A stretch of DNA of 64,000 bases from Dehalococcoidia bacterium (lineage in GTDB: Bacteria; Chloroflexota; Dehalococcoidia; Lucifugimonadales; UBA3495): the NCBI GenBank assembly GCA_965226875.1, contig OZ245439.1, positions 3,601,817-3,665,816 on the forward strand. The letters run 5' to 3'. Below the pieces are notes generated by a model. That model saw only the letters and a list, made by a program, of their open reading frames with translations. It was not told where the DNA came from and ran no database searches. Below are positions 30,380 through 39,935 of the stretch, in pieces. Made by a program: the position numbers and the translations under genes. Numbering within the stretch: the first letter of the stretch is position 1; each line of letters begins with the position of its first letter.

Positions 30380-30669
30380 GCGAGTGGAACAGGGGAGGGT
30401 TTGTTCGGGGATCAGGCCGGTTTGTCCTTCTTAATGCAAGTCCCCCGGACGCAGAATTGCTGGGGGATACGGCATTGAACCAAGGTTGCCCGACTGTGCG
30501 ATAACCCTTCAAACCAGTTTAACGAAATCCGTATGTGGCGGCAAGGGCCGCATCCTGGGCCGCAGGGTTCTGCATCTCTCCATTGAGGGAGAGGGCCGGG
30601 GTTAGGGTGAATTGCGGGGATTGGACGACGGTCGCTTCCTTGTATTTATTTATTTGTCTCACCGCTATC

Positions 30670-33600
30670 TCAGCGCCAGTCGTGGGCACCGGGCATGGGG
30701 ACTCGGGGGTCTATGGCCCGGATGTCAGAGACGACCAGGCTGGTGGTGCCGTCCCAGCGGGATACGGTACCCTGGGCCAGGATTATGTGGCTCTGCAACT
30801 CCCGGCGGCGACGGAAGAAGACTTGGGGCCATAAGATGAGCTGCACGTCGCCCTCCTCGTCCTCGATGGTCACGAACACCGTGCCTTCCTGACCCTTGGG
30901 GTGCTGACGGGCGATGGGCCAGCCGGCCACCAGCGCCCCGGCGCCCTCCTCCAGCCCGTACACCGCCGTGGTGGGCAGCACATGGCGGCCCAGGCCGGGC
31001 CGGACGAACTCCATCAGATGGCCTTGCGGGTAGATGCCCATGACCTCGTATTCCCCCGCCATCTTCTCGTAGTCGGTGAAGTCGGGCAGTTCGGGGGCGT
31101 CGCTCTTCGGGGACAGGGGCAGCGCAGCCTGACCGTTGCGGCCGGGGCGGGTGGCCAGCCCTGCATCCCACAGAGCCGCCCGGCGGTTGGGAGCGACGCC
31201 GTCGAAGGCCCCGGCCTTCACCAGCGAGAGCGCGGCCTGGGGCTTCAGCCCGGTGCGGCGCACCAGGTCGCTGGCCCCGGCGTAGGGGCCGCATCGCTCC
31301 CGCTCGGCCACTATCTGACGGGCCGACTCCGGCCCTACGTCGCGGATGAACTGGAGACCCAGCAGCACCGAGCCGCCCTCCGGGATGCACCGCTCCGCGC
31401 TGCGGTTGACGCAGGGATTGAGGAAAGGCACCCCGAAGCGGCGGGCGTCCTGCTTCAGGGTCTCCATGGGGTAGAAGCCCATGGGCTGGTTGTTAATCAG
31501 GCCGACGAAGAACTCCACCGGGTGGTAGCGCTTCAGCCACGCGGCCTGGTAGGCGGTGACGGCGAAGGCGTGGGAGTGGGATTCGGGGAACATATAGTGG
31601 CCGTTCAGCTTGGCGAATATCCGGCGGGCGGCGTCTTCGGGCACGCCGTTGCGCTGCGCTCCCTCCAAGAACCGCTGCCAGTGGCCTTCGATCAGGTGCG
31701 CGTTGTTGGGGCGGGCGAAGGCCCGGCGCAGCTCATCGGCCTGGGCGGCGGTGAAGCCCGCCACGTCCATCACCAGTTGCACCACCTGCTCCTGCCAGAC
31801 GATGATGCCGTAGCCCCGCTCCAGGGCGCGCTGCTCCAGCGAGTGGTCGTAGTCCCACGGGGCGCCGTGGCGGTAGCGCTCCACGAACTGGGAGACGGCG
31901 CTGCCCTGCACTCCGACGCCAGGGCGGATGAGGGCAACCTGGTAGGCCAAATCCAGCAGGTTGCGGGAGTTGAGCCGCTGGCCCATCTTGAGCTGGGCTG
32001 GCGACTGGAGCAGGAAGACTCCCTTGGCCTTTCCCTGGTTAATCAGGTCGTAGACTTCCGGGTCTTTGGGGTCTATGCGCGAGAGGTCGGGGCGGTGGCC
32101 CTCTCGTTCTTCGATGAGGTCCAGGGCCTCGTCCAACTGGTCCAGCACCGGCAGGGAGAGCAGGTCAATCTTGGCGAAACCAGCGTCGGCCACGCTGTCC
32201 TTGTTCCAGTCCATGATGTAGCGGCCCTCCATGGCCCCTGCCCTGGTCGGCACCATCTCCGGGATGGGGGAACTGCTGAGCACCAAGCCGCCCACGTGCT
32301 GGCCCAGCGACCGGGGCGCGTGCATCAGCTGGGGGGCCAGCTCTATCAGGTCGCGCCATCCGGGAGCGCCCACCCGGTCGCAGAAGGCGGGAAGTTCCCG
32401 CATCTCGAACTCCAGCGCGGCGGCGTCATGGGAGTGCAGTTGCTTGGACAGCAGGGACAGCTCCTCCTTCGGCAGCCCCAGGGCCTTGCCGAGGTCCTGG
32501 ATGATGCCCTTGACGCTGTAGGTGGAAATTGCCCCGGCCAGCACGGCGAACTCCGGCCCGAAGCGTCGGTGCACCCGCTGGATGAGCTCGTCGCGCAGTT
32601 GCCGAGGGAAGTCCAGGTCTATATCCGGGAGCAGGCTGGTGTCTTCGGATATGAAGCGCTCCAGCGTCAGGTCCCACTCCAGGGGGTCGACGTGGCTGAT
32701 GCCGATGAGGTAGCCCACTAGCAGGGCCACCGAGGAGCCGCGCCCCCGGCCCGGCGGCCGCTCCTCCAAGGGCGTCTCGGGTTGGATCAGCCCCTTCTCC
32801 TCCATGATTTTCTGGGCCAGCAGGACAATCTCGCGGTAGAGCAGCAAGAAGCCGGCTAGGTTGTGCAGCTCTATCAGCCGGAACTCCTCCCGCAGCCGCT
32901 CCGCCACCTTCCGCGGCACCGAGCCGTAGCGCCGGGTAGCGGCTTCGTAGCAGAGCTGTTGCAAGTAGCTGTCCGGCGTGTAGCCCTCCGGCACGTCGGC
33001 GTCGGGCAGGGCGTAGCCCAGGTCGGCGCTGAGGTCGAACTCGCACATCTCCGCGATGCGCCGGGTGTTGGCGATAGCTTCGGGGCAGTGGCGAAAGACC
33101 TGCTCTATCTCTGCGGGCGGTTTCAGGAAGAGATGATGATTGGGGCGGATGAAGCGCAGGGCCTGGTCGATGGTGGTGTTGTGGCTGGCGGCCACCAGCG
33201 CGTGTTGCAGCCGGTAGCGTTCCGGCGCGTGGTAGTGGACATCGTTGGTCGCCACGACGGGCGCGCCAATCTCGCGGGCCAGAACGGTCAGGTCGCGGTT
33301 GCGCCGGGTGTCCCCGTTCAGGAAGTTCTGCTGAAGCTCCACGAACACCGAGTCTATGCCGAACCATTCCCGGTAGTCGTCCAATAGCCGCTTGGCGTCG
33401 GCGATCCTGCCCTCCGCCTTTAGCTTGGAGAGCGGCCCGTCCCGCCCGCCGGTGAGCAGCGCCAGTCCCTCGGCGTGTTCGGGAAGAAAGCGGGGATCGA
33501 GGCGAGGGTTGCGCCGGTCGGCGGCGTTGGCCAGTGAGAAGAGGCGGGAGAGGTTGCCGTAGCCCTCCCGCGTCCGGGCGAGCAGGGTCAGCCGGGAGCC

Positions 33601-33816
33601 GTCGGTCAGGGTCAGCTCGCCGCCGGTGATGGGCTTGAGGCCGAGGCCGTTGGCCTGCCGGGCGAAGTCCAGGGCGCCGCAGAGGTTGGTGTCGGTCAGG
33701 GCCAGGCAGTCGTAGCCGTACTCCACGGCCTGGGCCAGCAGTTCGTGGGTGTGAGAAGCGCCCAGGCCAAAGGAGTAGAAGCTCTTGGCGTGAAGCTCGA
33801 CGTAGCCGCCATACAT
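30670..33816 (-). CDS. dnaE2: error-prone DNA polymerase III alpha-like subunit DnaE2
   Basis: 1048 aa. N-terminal PHP domain YVELHAKSFYSFGLGASHTHELL, a pol III alpha core, and no tau/beta-binding tail. Lies directly downstream of imuB. Confidence 0.9.
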   Translation of the reverse strand: MYGGYVELHAKSFYSFGLGASHTHELLAQAVEYGYDCLALTDTNLCGALDFARQANGLGLKPITGGELTLTDGSRLTLLARTREGYGNLSRLFSLANAADRRNPRLDPRFLPEHAEGLALLTGGRDGPLSKLKAEGRIADAKRLLDDYREWFGIDSVFVELQQNFLNGDTRRNRDLTVLAREIGAPVVATNDVHYHAPERYRLQHALVAASHNTTIDQALRFIRPNHHLFLKPPAEIEQVFRHCPEAIANTRRIAEMCEFDLSADLGYALPDADVPEGYTPDSYLQQLCYEAATRRYGSVPRKVAERLREEFRLIELHNLAGFLLLYREIVLLAQKIMEEKGLIQPETPLEERPPGRGRGSSVALLVGYLIGISHVDPLEWDLTLERFISEDTSLLPDIDLDFPRQLRDELIQRVHRRFGPEFAVLAGAISTYSVKGIIQDLGKALGLPKEELSLLSKQLHSHDAAALEFEMRELPAFCDRVGAPGWRDLIELAPQLMHAPRSLGQHVGGLVLSSSPIPEMVPTRAGAMEGRYIMDWNKDSVADAGFAKIDLLSLPVLDQLDEALDLIEEREGHRPDLSRIDPKDPEVYDLINQGKAKGVFLLQSPAQLKMGQRLNSRNLLDLAYQVALIRPGVGVQGSAVSQFVERYRHGAPWDYDHSLEQRALERGYGIIVWQEQVVQLVMDVAGFTAAQADELRRAFARPNNAHLIEGHWQRFLEGAQRNGVPEDAARRIFAKLNGHYMFPESHSHAFAVTAYQAAWLKRYHPVEFFVGLINNQPMGFYPMETLKQDARRFGVPFLNPCVNRSAERCIPEGGSVLLGLQFIRDVGPESARQIVAERERCGPYAGASDLVRRTGLKPQAALSLVKAGAFDGVAPNRRAALWDAGLATRPGRNGQAALPLSPKSDAPELPDFTDYEKMAGEYEVMGIYPQGHLMEFVRPGLGRHVLPTTAVYGLEEGAGALVAGWPIARQHPKGQEGTVFVTIEDEEGDVQLILWPQVFFRRRRELQSHIILAQGTVSRWDGTTSLVVSDIRAIDPRVPMPGAHDWR

Positions 33817-33831
33817 CAGAGTTTTCCGATG

Positions 33832-35358
33832 CTAATGTCCCTGCTGATACCAACAGTCCTCGTGCTGGTCCCGGAACAGGGTGACCTCTCCCCCATCCTC
33901 TCGCTCCACCCGGTAATAGGTCCTGGTCAAAGGTTTGGGCAGCCACCACAGGTCGAAAGTCCACGAGTCCTCGATTCGGGCCACCCGCCGCCACTCTCCC
34001 GAATCTGCTTCGCTCAAATGCCATCCACTCCTCTGCCGCCCGGTTACCGGCGACCTGGCTCCGCCTCCGGGTTGCCTGATGGTCTTGGGCAGGTGGTTCT
34101 CGTCCTCCTGAACTGCAATTTGCTCCGGGACCAGCAGGGGGCGGATGCTGCCGCTCAGGGGGTCCAGCGGCGTCTGCACGGCCCGCATCTCCGGCGCCGG
34201 ATGCCAGGGGGCGACTTCGACCACCCGGTAGAGAGCCGGATTGCCCGCCGCCCGCGCCTGCAATCGCCGCTCCACCTCCACCAGCCGGCTCCGCCGGTAG
34301 TCCCGAGCGTCGGGCAGCAGCCCCAACTGCGCCCCCGACTCCCCGGTGAAGCCGGACAGGGTCAGGGTCAGGCCGTCTATGGGAACTTCGGGCGGTTCCG
34401 CCTCCAGCCTGCTGCGGACGATGAAGGACGCCCTCTCCCATCGTCCGGCGCCCTCTTGGAAGTTGACCGTCTTCTCCCAGGGAGCGGCCCCGAACACCGG
34501 GCATTCCAGGGCGGCCTGCCGGGCGAACCGGCCCCGCATGACGGGACGGGCGTAGGCGCGTTGGAGCAGGGAATCCACGGCCACCAGCAGCATTTCCAAG
34601 GATGTTGAGGAAAAGGGCAGCGAGGTATGCTCCGTCACCGTTTCCTGGTACTTGAGGGGTATCAGGGGCCGGTCGTCGCGCCCGTTGGCGAGGTTCCAGA
34701 TCCATCCGCCCTCCGGCCCGAACTGGTCAATCATCCGGGCCAGGCCCATGGCGGCCACCTGGCCCAGGGTATGCAGCCCGAACCGGCGCAGGGCGGATAT
34801 AATCTCGCCGGGCACCGGAAGCAGACTCACGGGGCGAGATGACAGGAAGGCCGCGGGATCCTCCGGCGCCTTGACAGCCCTCAGCGGGTCGCTGCTGCGG
34901 GCGGCCACCAGCGCCGGGAACTTGCCCTCGCCGATGCCGGCACGCGGGAGCAGGGTCTGGGGTACAGCGTTCAGCAGGGCGCAGACCAGGCGCTCCTCTC
35001 CGCCGTACATGGTTTCCAGGCCCTCCGTTGCGACGTAGGCGATGCCCAGCCCGGCATCCTCCACCCGGTCGCCAATACCTTGCAGGGCGCCGAGGATCTG
35101 CCGGAACACCCGGCGGTAGTGAGGTTCGTCCGCTTCCAGAACAACGGCCCCGGCCTGGCGCGACAGGGCCTGCTCCAGCGGCATCCCTGCCGATACCGCC
35201 ACGGCCATCGGAAAGTGGTCAACCACCACCTTCCCGGATTTTCGTCCGCTCCGCTCCCGGCGGTCGGCAATCAGGGCAGGCTGGTCCTTCAGCCGGGGCC
35301 GGCGTTGTATTTCGGCCTTGGCCCGCAGGTGGGTGATGAGCACACAGGCGACCTTCAA
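33832..35358 (-). CDS. imuB: ImuB-like Y-family DNA polymerase homologue
   Basis: 508 aa: MKVACVLITHLRAKAEIQRRPRLKDQPALIADR.... It is paired with dnaE2 as in imuB-dnaE2 mutagenesis cassettes. TTG start with AGGAG 7 nt upstream. Confidence 0.8.
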   Translation of the reverse strand: MKVACVLITHLRAKAEIQRRPRLKDQPALIADRRERSGRKSGKVVVDHFPMAVAVSAGMPLEQALSRQAGAVVLEADEPHYRRVFRQILGALQGIGDRVEDAGLGIAYVATEGLETMYGGEERLVCALLNAVPQTLLPRAGIGEGKFPALVAARSSDPLRAVKAPEDPAAFLSSRPVSLLPVPGEIISALRRFGLHTLGQVAAMGLARMIDQFGPEGGWIWNLANGRDDRPLIPLKYQETVTEHTSLPFSSTSLEMLLVAVDSLLQRAYARPVMRGRFARQAALECPVFGAAPWEKTVNFQEGAGRWERASFIVRSRLEAEPPEVPIDGLTLTLSGFTGESGAQLGLLPDARDYRRSRLVEVERRLQARAAGNPALYRVVEVAPWHPAPEMRAVQTPLDPLSGSIRPLLVPEQIAVQEDENHLPKTIRQPGGGARSPVTGRQRSGWHLSEADSGEWRRVARIEDSWTFDLWWLPKPLTRTYYRVEREDGGEVTLFRDQHEDCWYQQGH

Positions 35359-35410
35359 GGCATCTCCTGGTCGGGAAAGTCCGGCTGAACTGGCAACGCC
35401 GGATATTATA

Positions 35411-35422
35411 GAACATTTGTTT
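35411..35422. promoter_or_regulatory. candidate LexA (Cheo-type) box GAAC-ATTT-GTTT
   Basis: TAGAACATTTGTTTTC lies 53 nt upstream of the imuB start. It has one mismatch to the GAAC-N4-GTTC core used by Gram-positive-type LexA. Confidence 0.45.
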
Positions 35423-35747
35423 TCTTGTCAACACGGCAATCAGGAACGATAGCGTTCCGAATTAGGTGGTCGAGAGGCGGATGTAGTGTCCGAGTGCGGA
35501 AGGTGAGTTCGGAAACTTCGATTTTCCGGCCATTGTCGGCCATTTCGGGCCGTTGTGTCTGAGTTGGGTTTGGAATCGGGGTTGCGCTTGGTGAGCTTGG
35601 AGCAGGGAGTCTTCTTTTGGTTTTCAGGCATCAAACATCGCGTGGCCTTAGTGGCTTTGTGGTTTTGGTCGGAGTGACATGGGGAGCGGTGGGTCATGTG
35701 TATTTAATAGTACACGTGTTCTATTAACTTGGCAAGGGGGAGGAGGC

Positions 35748-35905
35748 GATAGCGTTCCGAATCAGGTGGTCGAGACGGGTACCCGACATTAACACCCGCT
35801 ACCCTTGGATTCCCGCTTTCACGGGAATGACGGATCGTATGGATTCCCGCGAAAGGGGGAATGACGGACCGTAAGCTGCCATACCACCTAAATTGGAACG
35901 CTATC
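35748..35905. mobile_element. MITE-like element with 23-bp terminal inverted repeats GATAGCGTTCCGAATCAGGTGGT
   Basis: Left TIR at 35748-35770; right TIR ACCACCTAAATTGGAACGCTATC at 35883-35905 (20/23 match). The interior holds two ATTCCCGC palindromes. A third, solo TIR copy is at 35448-35475. Confidence 0.6.
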
Positions 35906-36002
35906 ATCAGGAACTATTGATCAACGACAATTAGTCTTGCCGGTGGCGACGACTATTTTTGCCGGTCACATGTGGTAATCATCCGGTACAGGAGGTGCCG
36001 GA

Positions 36003-37484
36003 TTGGTTACGGATCAGCAAGTCGCATTACTGAGGCAAAGACAGATGGAAGGAAAGAAACAACAGACGGCGGCGGCCATGGCGGGGATGAGCGAGCGGTC
36101 GGCGCGGAAGTGGCAGTGTGGCCCGTTGCCCTCGGAGACCAAGCAGGAGCGCCGGTGGCGCACCCGGCCCGATCCCTTTGACGGCGTCTGGGAGGAAGAA
36201 ATCCTGCCCCTGCTCAGGGGCGAGGCCGCCGGCAGGCTCAGGGCAACGACAATTATCGAGTGGCTGGAGGAGAAATTTCCCGGCCGGTTCAGCGCCTCCC
36301 AGCTCCGCACCCTGCAACGCCGATTACAGGACTGGCGGGCACTCAACGGTCCGGATCAGGAGGTCTACTTCCCCCAGGAGCATCCACCTGGCCGGGAGGC
36401 GCAGCTCGACTTCACCCACTGCAACTCCCTGGGAGTAACCATCGGCGGCCGGCGCTACCGCCACCTGCTGTTCCAGCTGGTGTTGAGCCATTCAGGCTGG
36501 CGCTACGCCGAGGTGGTTGCCGGCGAGACCTTTGTGGCCCTGAAGCAGGGACTCCAGAACGCGCTCTGGGAACTGGGCGGCGCGCCCCAGATCATACGCT
36601 CCGACAACAGCTCGGCCCTCACCCATGAGATAAAGCGCAGCCGCGGCCGGGCCCTGAACGACAACTACGCCGAGCTCCTGGAGCACTACGGGATCGAGGC
36701 CACGCTGATCAATTCCGGGGAATCCCACGAGAATGGCGTGGCCGAGCAGGCTCATTACCGGTTGAAGGACGCTTTGGACCAGGCCCTCATGCTGCGGGGC
36801 AGCCGCGACTTCGATTCCGCCGAGTCCTACACCGGCTTCGTCAGGAAGGTGGTTGAGCGGCGCAACCGCTTGGTGCAAGGGAAGCTGGAGCAGGAACGCC
36901 CACTTCTGCAGTGCCTGCCTCCAGCTCCCGTGCCGGAGTACGTCAACCACCAGGCCCGGGTGCGCAAGTGGAGCACCATCCAGGCAGCCGGACGGACCTA
37001 CACCGTACCCTCCCGGCTCATCGGAAAGGAGGTGCAGATACGCTTGTACGCCGAGCGTCTGGAAGTGTACTACAAGGGCCACTTGGTGGAACGCATGGAG
37101 CGGGTGCGCGGTGAAAGGGAGGCCAACGTCAATTACCGCCACGTCATCGGCTCCCTGGTGCGCAAGCCCGGGGCCTTCGCTCGCTACCGGTTCCGGGAGC
37201 AGATGTTTCCCACCATGACCTTCCGCTTGGCCTACGACGCCCTCAAGAGGTGGCGAGGCGAACGGACTGACGTGGAGTACCTGCGGATCCTGCACCTTGC
37301 GGCGACAACTATGGAGTCGACGGTGGACAGCGCCCTAGCCCTGCTGCTGGAGGCCGGTGAGCCCTTCGACTACGCCACGGTCAAGGAACTGGCGAACCCG
37401 GCTCCGCCGCGGGCGCCGGTGCTGAGCCTGTCCGGGATGCCGGACCTGAGGGTCTACGACTCCCTGCTGGCGGGGGTGGCCTGA
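36003..37484 (+). CDS. istA: IS21-family transposase IstA
   Basis: 493 aa, identical translation to 24650..26131. Confidence 0.93.
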   Translation: MVTDQQVALLRQRQMEGKKQQTAAAMAGMSERSARKWQCGPLPSETKQERRWRTRPDPFDGVWEEEILPLLRGEAAGRLRATTIIEWLEEKFPGRFSASQLRTLQRRLQDWRALNGPDQEVYFPQEHPPGREAQLDFTHCNSLGVTIGGRRYRHLLFQLVLSHSGWRYAEVVAGETFVALKQGLQNALWELGGAPQIIRSDNSSALTHEIKRSRGRALNDNYAELLEHYGIEATLINSGESHENGVAEQAHYRLKDALDQALMLRGSRDFDSAESYTGFVRKVVERRNRLVQGKLEQERPLLQCLPPAPVPEYVNHQARVRKWSTIQAAGRTYTVPSRLIGKEVQIRLYAERLEVYYKGHLVERMERVRGEREANVNYRHVIGSLVRKPGAFARYRFREQMFPTMTFRLAYDALKRWRGERTDVEYLRILHLAATTMESTVDSALALLLEAGEPFDYATVKELANPAPPRAPVLSLSGMPDLRVYDSLLAGVA

Positions 37485-38260
37485 TGATGGAGGCCAACGC
37501 CATTAAGGTCCGGATCGGGGAGCTGTGCCACCAATTCCGGCTGCCCACCATGGGGGCGCAGTCGGTGTCCCGATTCACCGCCGCCGGGCACGGCGACGCC
37601 CTGGAGACCCTCTTGGAAGTGCTGGAGCAGGAGGCCGAGGACCGGAGGCAGCGCCGCATCGGCCGGCTGCGCACCGCATCCAGGCTGCCCGCCGGCAAGA
37701 CCTGGGAGACCTTCGAGCACGACCGTGTGCCCCTGGCTCTGCGGCAGCAACTGGGCGAGCTGTCTGACGGCAGCTTCGTCGACCGAGGCGTCAACGTGCT
37801 GGCCTTCGGACTGCCCGGCACCGGCAAGACCCATGCACTGTGCGCCGTGGGCCACCGGCTGGTGGAAGCCGGACGCTCGGTGCTCTTCGCCCCGGCCTAC
37901 CGGCTGGTGCAGGACCTGCTCGCCGCCAAGCGGGACCTGGCGCTACCGCGACAACTACGAAAGCTCGACAACTACGACTTCCTGCTGCTGGACGACCTGG
38001 GGTACCTGCCCCAAGGGGCCGAAGAGTCCGAGGTGCTCTTCACACTCATCGCCGAACGCTACGAACGCCGGTCCCTGGGCATCACGTCCAACCTGGTCTT
38101 CTCCCAGTGGGAGCACATCTTCGCCAACCCAATGGCCACGGCTGCGGCCATCGACCGGGTGGTCCACCACTCGGTCATCCTGGAATTCGACGTCCCCAGC
38201 TACCGCACCGGAGTGGCCCAGCAGCGCAGTCAGAAACAGGGGGTGAACCGGCAAGAATAA
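37484..38260 (+). CDS. istB: IS21-family helper ATPase IstB
   Basis: 258 aa, identical translation to 23874..24650. Confidence 0.93.
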   Translation: MMEANAIKVRIGELCHQFRLPTMGAQSVSRFTAAGHGDALETLLEVLEQEAEDRRQRRIGRLRTASRLPAGKTWETFEHDRVPLALRQQLGELSDGSFVDRGVNVLAFGLPGTGKTHALCAVGHRLVEAGRSVLFAPAYRLVQDLLAAKRDLALPRQLRKLDNYDFLLLDDLGYLPQGAEESEVLFTLIAERYERRSLGITSNLVFSQWEHIFANPMATAAAIDRVVHHSVILEFDVPSYRTGVAQQRSQKQGVNRQE

Positions 38261-38485
38261 TTGACGGAACCGGCAAAAGTAGTTGACGCTGAACAACTAT
38301 CTCAAGGTCTTTCAACCGTTCTCTCTCCCTCAAGGAGGAGGGAGAATCAAAAGACCGTGCTCCCTTGAAAAGACCGGGGAAAGGGCCCGGGGAAAGGCCC
38401 AGGGCGGACGCAGCTTTTCTTGCGTGGTTTGGCCGCGTTATGGTAATTTTAGGGTGCAATACGTTGGTCTTAAAGGAGAAAAGCT

Positions 38486-38998
38486 ATGGGATACACACCC
38501 AGTTACCTGGGCCACGTGAACATCTACGTCCGCAACGCCAAGGACGCCCGCGATTGGTACGAATCCGTCTTGGGGCTGCACACCTATGACTTCAAGGAAG
38601 GCCGCGCCGCCTTCATGTCGGCCGACCTGAACCAGTCCCACGAGATTGCGCTGATGGAAGTGGGCGAGAACGCCGACGGCCCCCGCGCCGGGCAGGTGGG
38701 CCTGAACCACATGGCGTGGCGCATGGGCAGCCTGGAAGACCTGGCCGATTTCTACAACAATCTGAAGGAAAAGAACGTGCCTCTCCAGCGCGTCTCTGAC
38801 CACGGCCTGTCGCTGGGCATCTACCTCAAGGACCCCGACGGCAACGGTATCGAGGTCTACTACGAGACCCCGCGCGAGGACTGGCACCGCCAGGACAACC
38901 TGTTCATGAGCGGCGAACGTCCGCAGGGCAACTTCCCCGGCCCGTGGGAAGCCGACCTCGTCCCCGACGGCGTGGCTGCCGCCGCCCAGCGGAGCTAG
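38486..38998 (+). CDS. VOC family protein (glyoxalase / extradiol dioxygenase-like)
   Basis: 170 aa: LGHVNIYVRNAKDARDWYESVLGL...HEIALMEV...GLNHMAWRM...GLSLGIYLKDPDGNGIEVYYE, typical paired beta-alpha-beta-beta-beta modules. Confidence 0.8.
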   Translation: MGYTPSYLGHVNIYVRNAKDARDWYESVLGLHTYDFKEGRAAFMSADLNQSHEIALMEVGENADGPRAGQVGLNHMAWRMGSLEDLADFYNNLKEKNVPLQRVSDHGLSLGIYLKDPDGNGIEVYYETPREDWHRQDNLFMSGERPQGNFPGPWEADLVPDGVAAAAQRS

Positions 38999-39064
38999 TC
39001 ACGGCCATTTAGGCTTTTCGTCTGTTGGGGCGAGCGGAAACGCCAGCACAGCCAGCACAAACAA

Positions 39065-39088
39065 AGGGGCGCACAGCCGTGCGCCCCT
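39065..39088. terminator. stem-loop between convergent genes (AGGGGCGCAC-AGCC-GTGCGCCCCT)
   Basis: Perfect 10-bp GC-rich stem. On the minus strand it is followed by TTTGTTTGT, so it fits an intrinsic terminator for the RidA/ABM operon. Confidence 0.6.
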
Positions 39089-39125
39089 ACATCGTTGACG
39101 AGGTTGACGAGCAAGCGCTGTCAGC

Positions 39126-39520
39126 CTACTGCACGACCGCTATCGCCTCAATCTCGATGAGCATGTCGGGGTCGACCAGGCGGCTGATTTCGACGAGGGT
39201 GCTGGCGGGATAGCCCGAGGAGAAGAACTCGGAACGCACCTCGTGGATGACGGAGAAGTGCTCGGCCAGGTTGGTTACGAACACTGTTACCTTCACCACG
39301 TCGTCCATGGTGGCCCCGCCCTCAGCCAGCACCGACTGGAGGTTTTCCAGCGTCTTGCGGGTCTGGGCGCGAATGTCGCCCCGGCCCACCAGCGCGCCGT
39401 CAACGCCTCGCGCCACCTGCCCCGACGCGAACACCATGCGCCCGGCGGGCACCGCGACGCCCTGCGCACATGATGCCCGCCGGCACCGCCACGTCGCTGC
39501 TCAGAAGTATCGTCTTCGCC
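39126..39520 (-). pseudogene. RidA/YjgF family protein with an apparent N-terminal frameshift
   Basis: ATG 39520 has a strong GGAGGAGG upstream and reads MAKTILLSSDVAVPAG. The RidA body (SCAQGVAVPAGRMVFASGQVA...LIEIEAIAVVQ) is in the +1 frame. The track ORF starts only at GTG 39452. Confidence 0.65.
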
Positions 39521-39533
39521 ATCTTCCTCCTCC

Positions 39534-39854
39534 CTACTTCCACTCGGCGTCTGGAGGCCAGACGTTGGTGCTGCCCCGGGCCGCGCCCTGCAATACGGGG
39601 TCGCCCCGCATCGGCCCCATGGCCTCAATTGCCTTGAGATAGTGTTCCGAGGCTTGGTGGGCGTGGAAGGCGGCCTCGTCCACGTAGATTTCGTACACCC
39701 AGAGCCGGTTGGGGTCGCCCGCGTCCTGGATTACGTCGAAGCGCAGGCAGCCGGGCTCCGTGTTGGCCGCAGCCTGGGCGTTGGGCAGCAGGGCTTTCAG
39801 GAATTCGTCCTTCGCCCCTTCTTTGATCTGTATCGGCGCGATGATTACGTACAT
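39534..39854 (-). CDS. antibiotic biosynthesis monooxygenase (ABM) family protein
   Basis: 106 aa: MYVIIAPIQIKEGAKDEFLKALLPNAQAAANTEPGCLRFDVIQDAGDPNRLWVYEIYVDEAAFHAHQASEHY, a ferredoxin-like ABM pattern. Confidence 0.8.
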   Translation of the reverse strand: MYVIIAPIQIKEGAKDEFLKALLPNAQAAANTEPGCLRFDVIQDAGDPNRLWVYEIYVDEAAFHAHQASEHYLKAIEAMGPMRGDPVLQGAARGSTNVWPPDAEWK

Positions 39855-39935
39855 GGCATTTCTCCTATTTGCTTTAAGCCCTCACCCTAACCCTCTCCCT
39901 CTGGGAGGTGGAATTATGGGATTGAGGGCTTTCCT

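Larger units (their letters stand above)
35918..38295 (+). mobile_element. IS21-family insertion sequence, copy B (2378 bp), with 5-bp target-site duplication ACTAT
   Basis: Same ends as copy A. ACTAT occurs at 35913-35917 and 38296-38300. At least two single-base differences from copy A (35983 vs 26151; 36221 vs 25913, the latter synonymous). Confidence 0.95.

Noticed and set aside
35440-35907. ORFs 35440..35697 and 35704..35907 upstream of imuB as a possible imuA substitute.
   Set aside because: Their sequences are translations of the MITE and palindrome repeats (for example RPPNSERYRS and IRHSRESGNP motifs). They are not genes.
23839-38295. Two inverted IS21 copies as a composite transposon carrying imuB-dnaE2, tRNA-Ser and the integrase.
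   Set aside because: Copy B has its own perfect 5-bp duplication (ACTAT on both sides), so it inserted on its own. The outer flanks of the pair (GCGGT / ACTAT) do not match.
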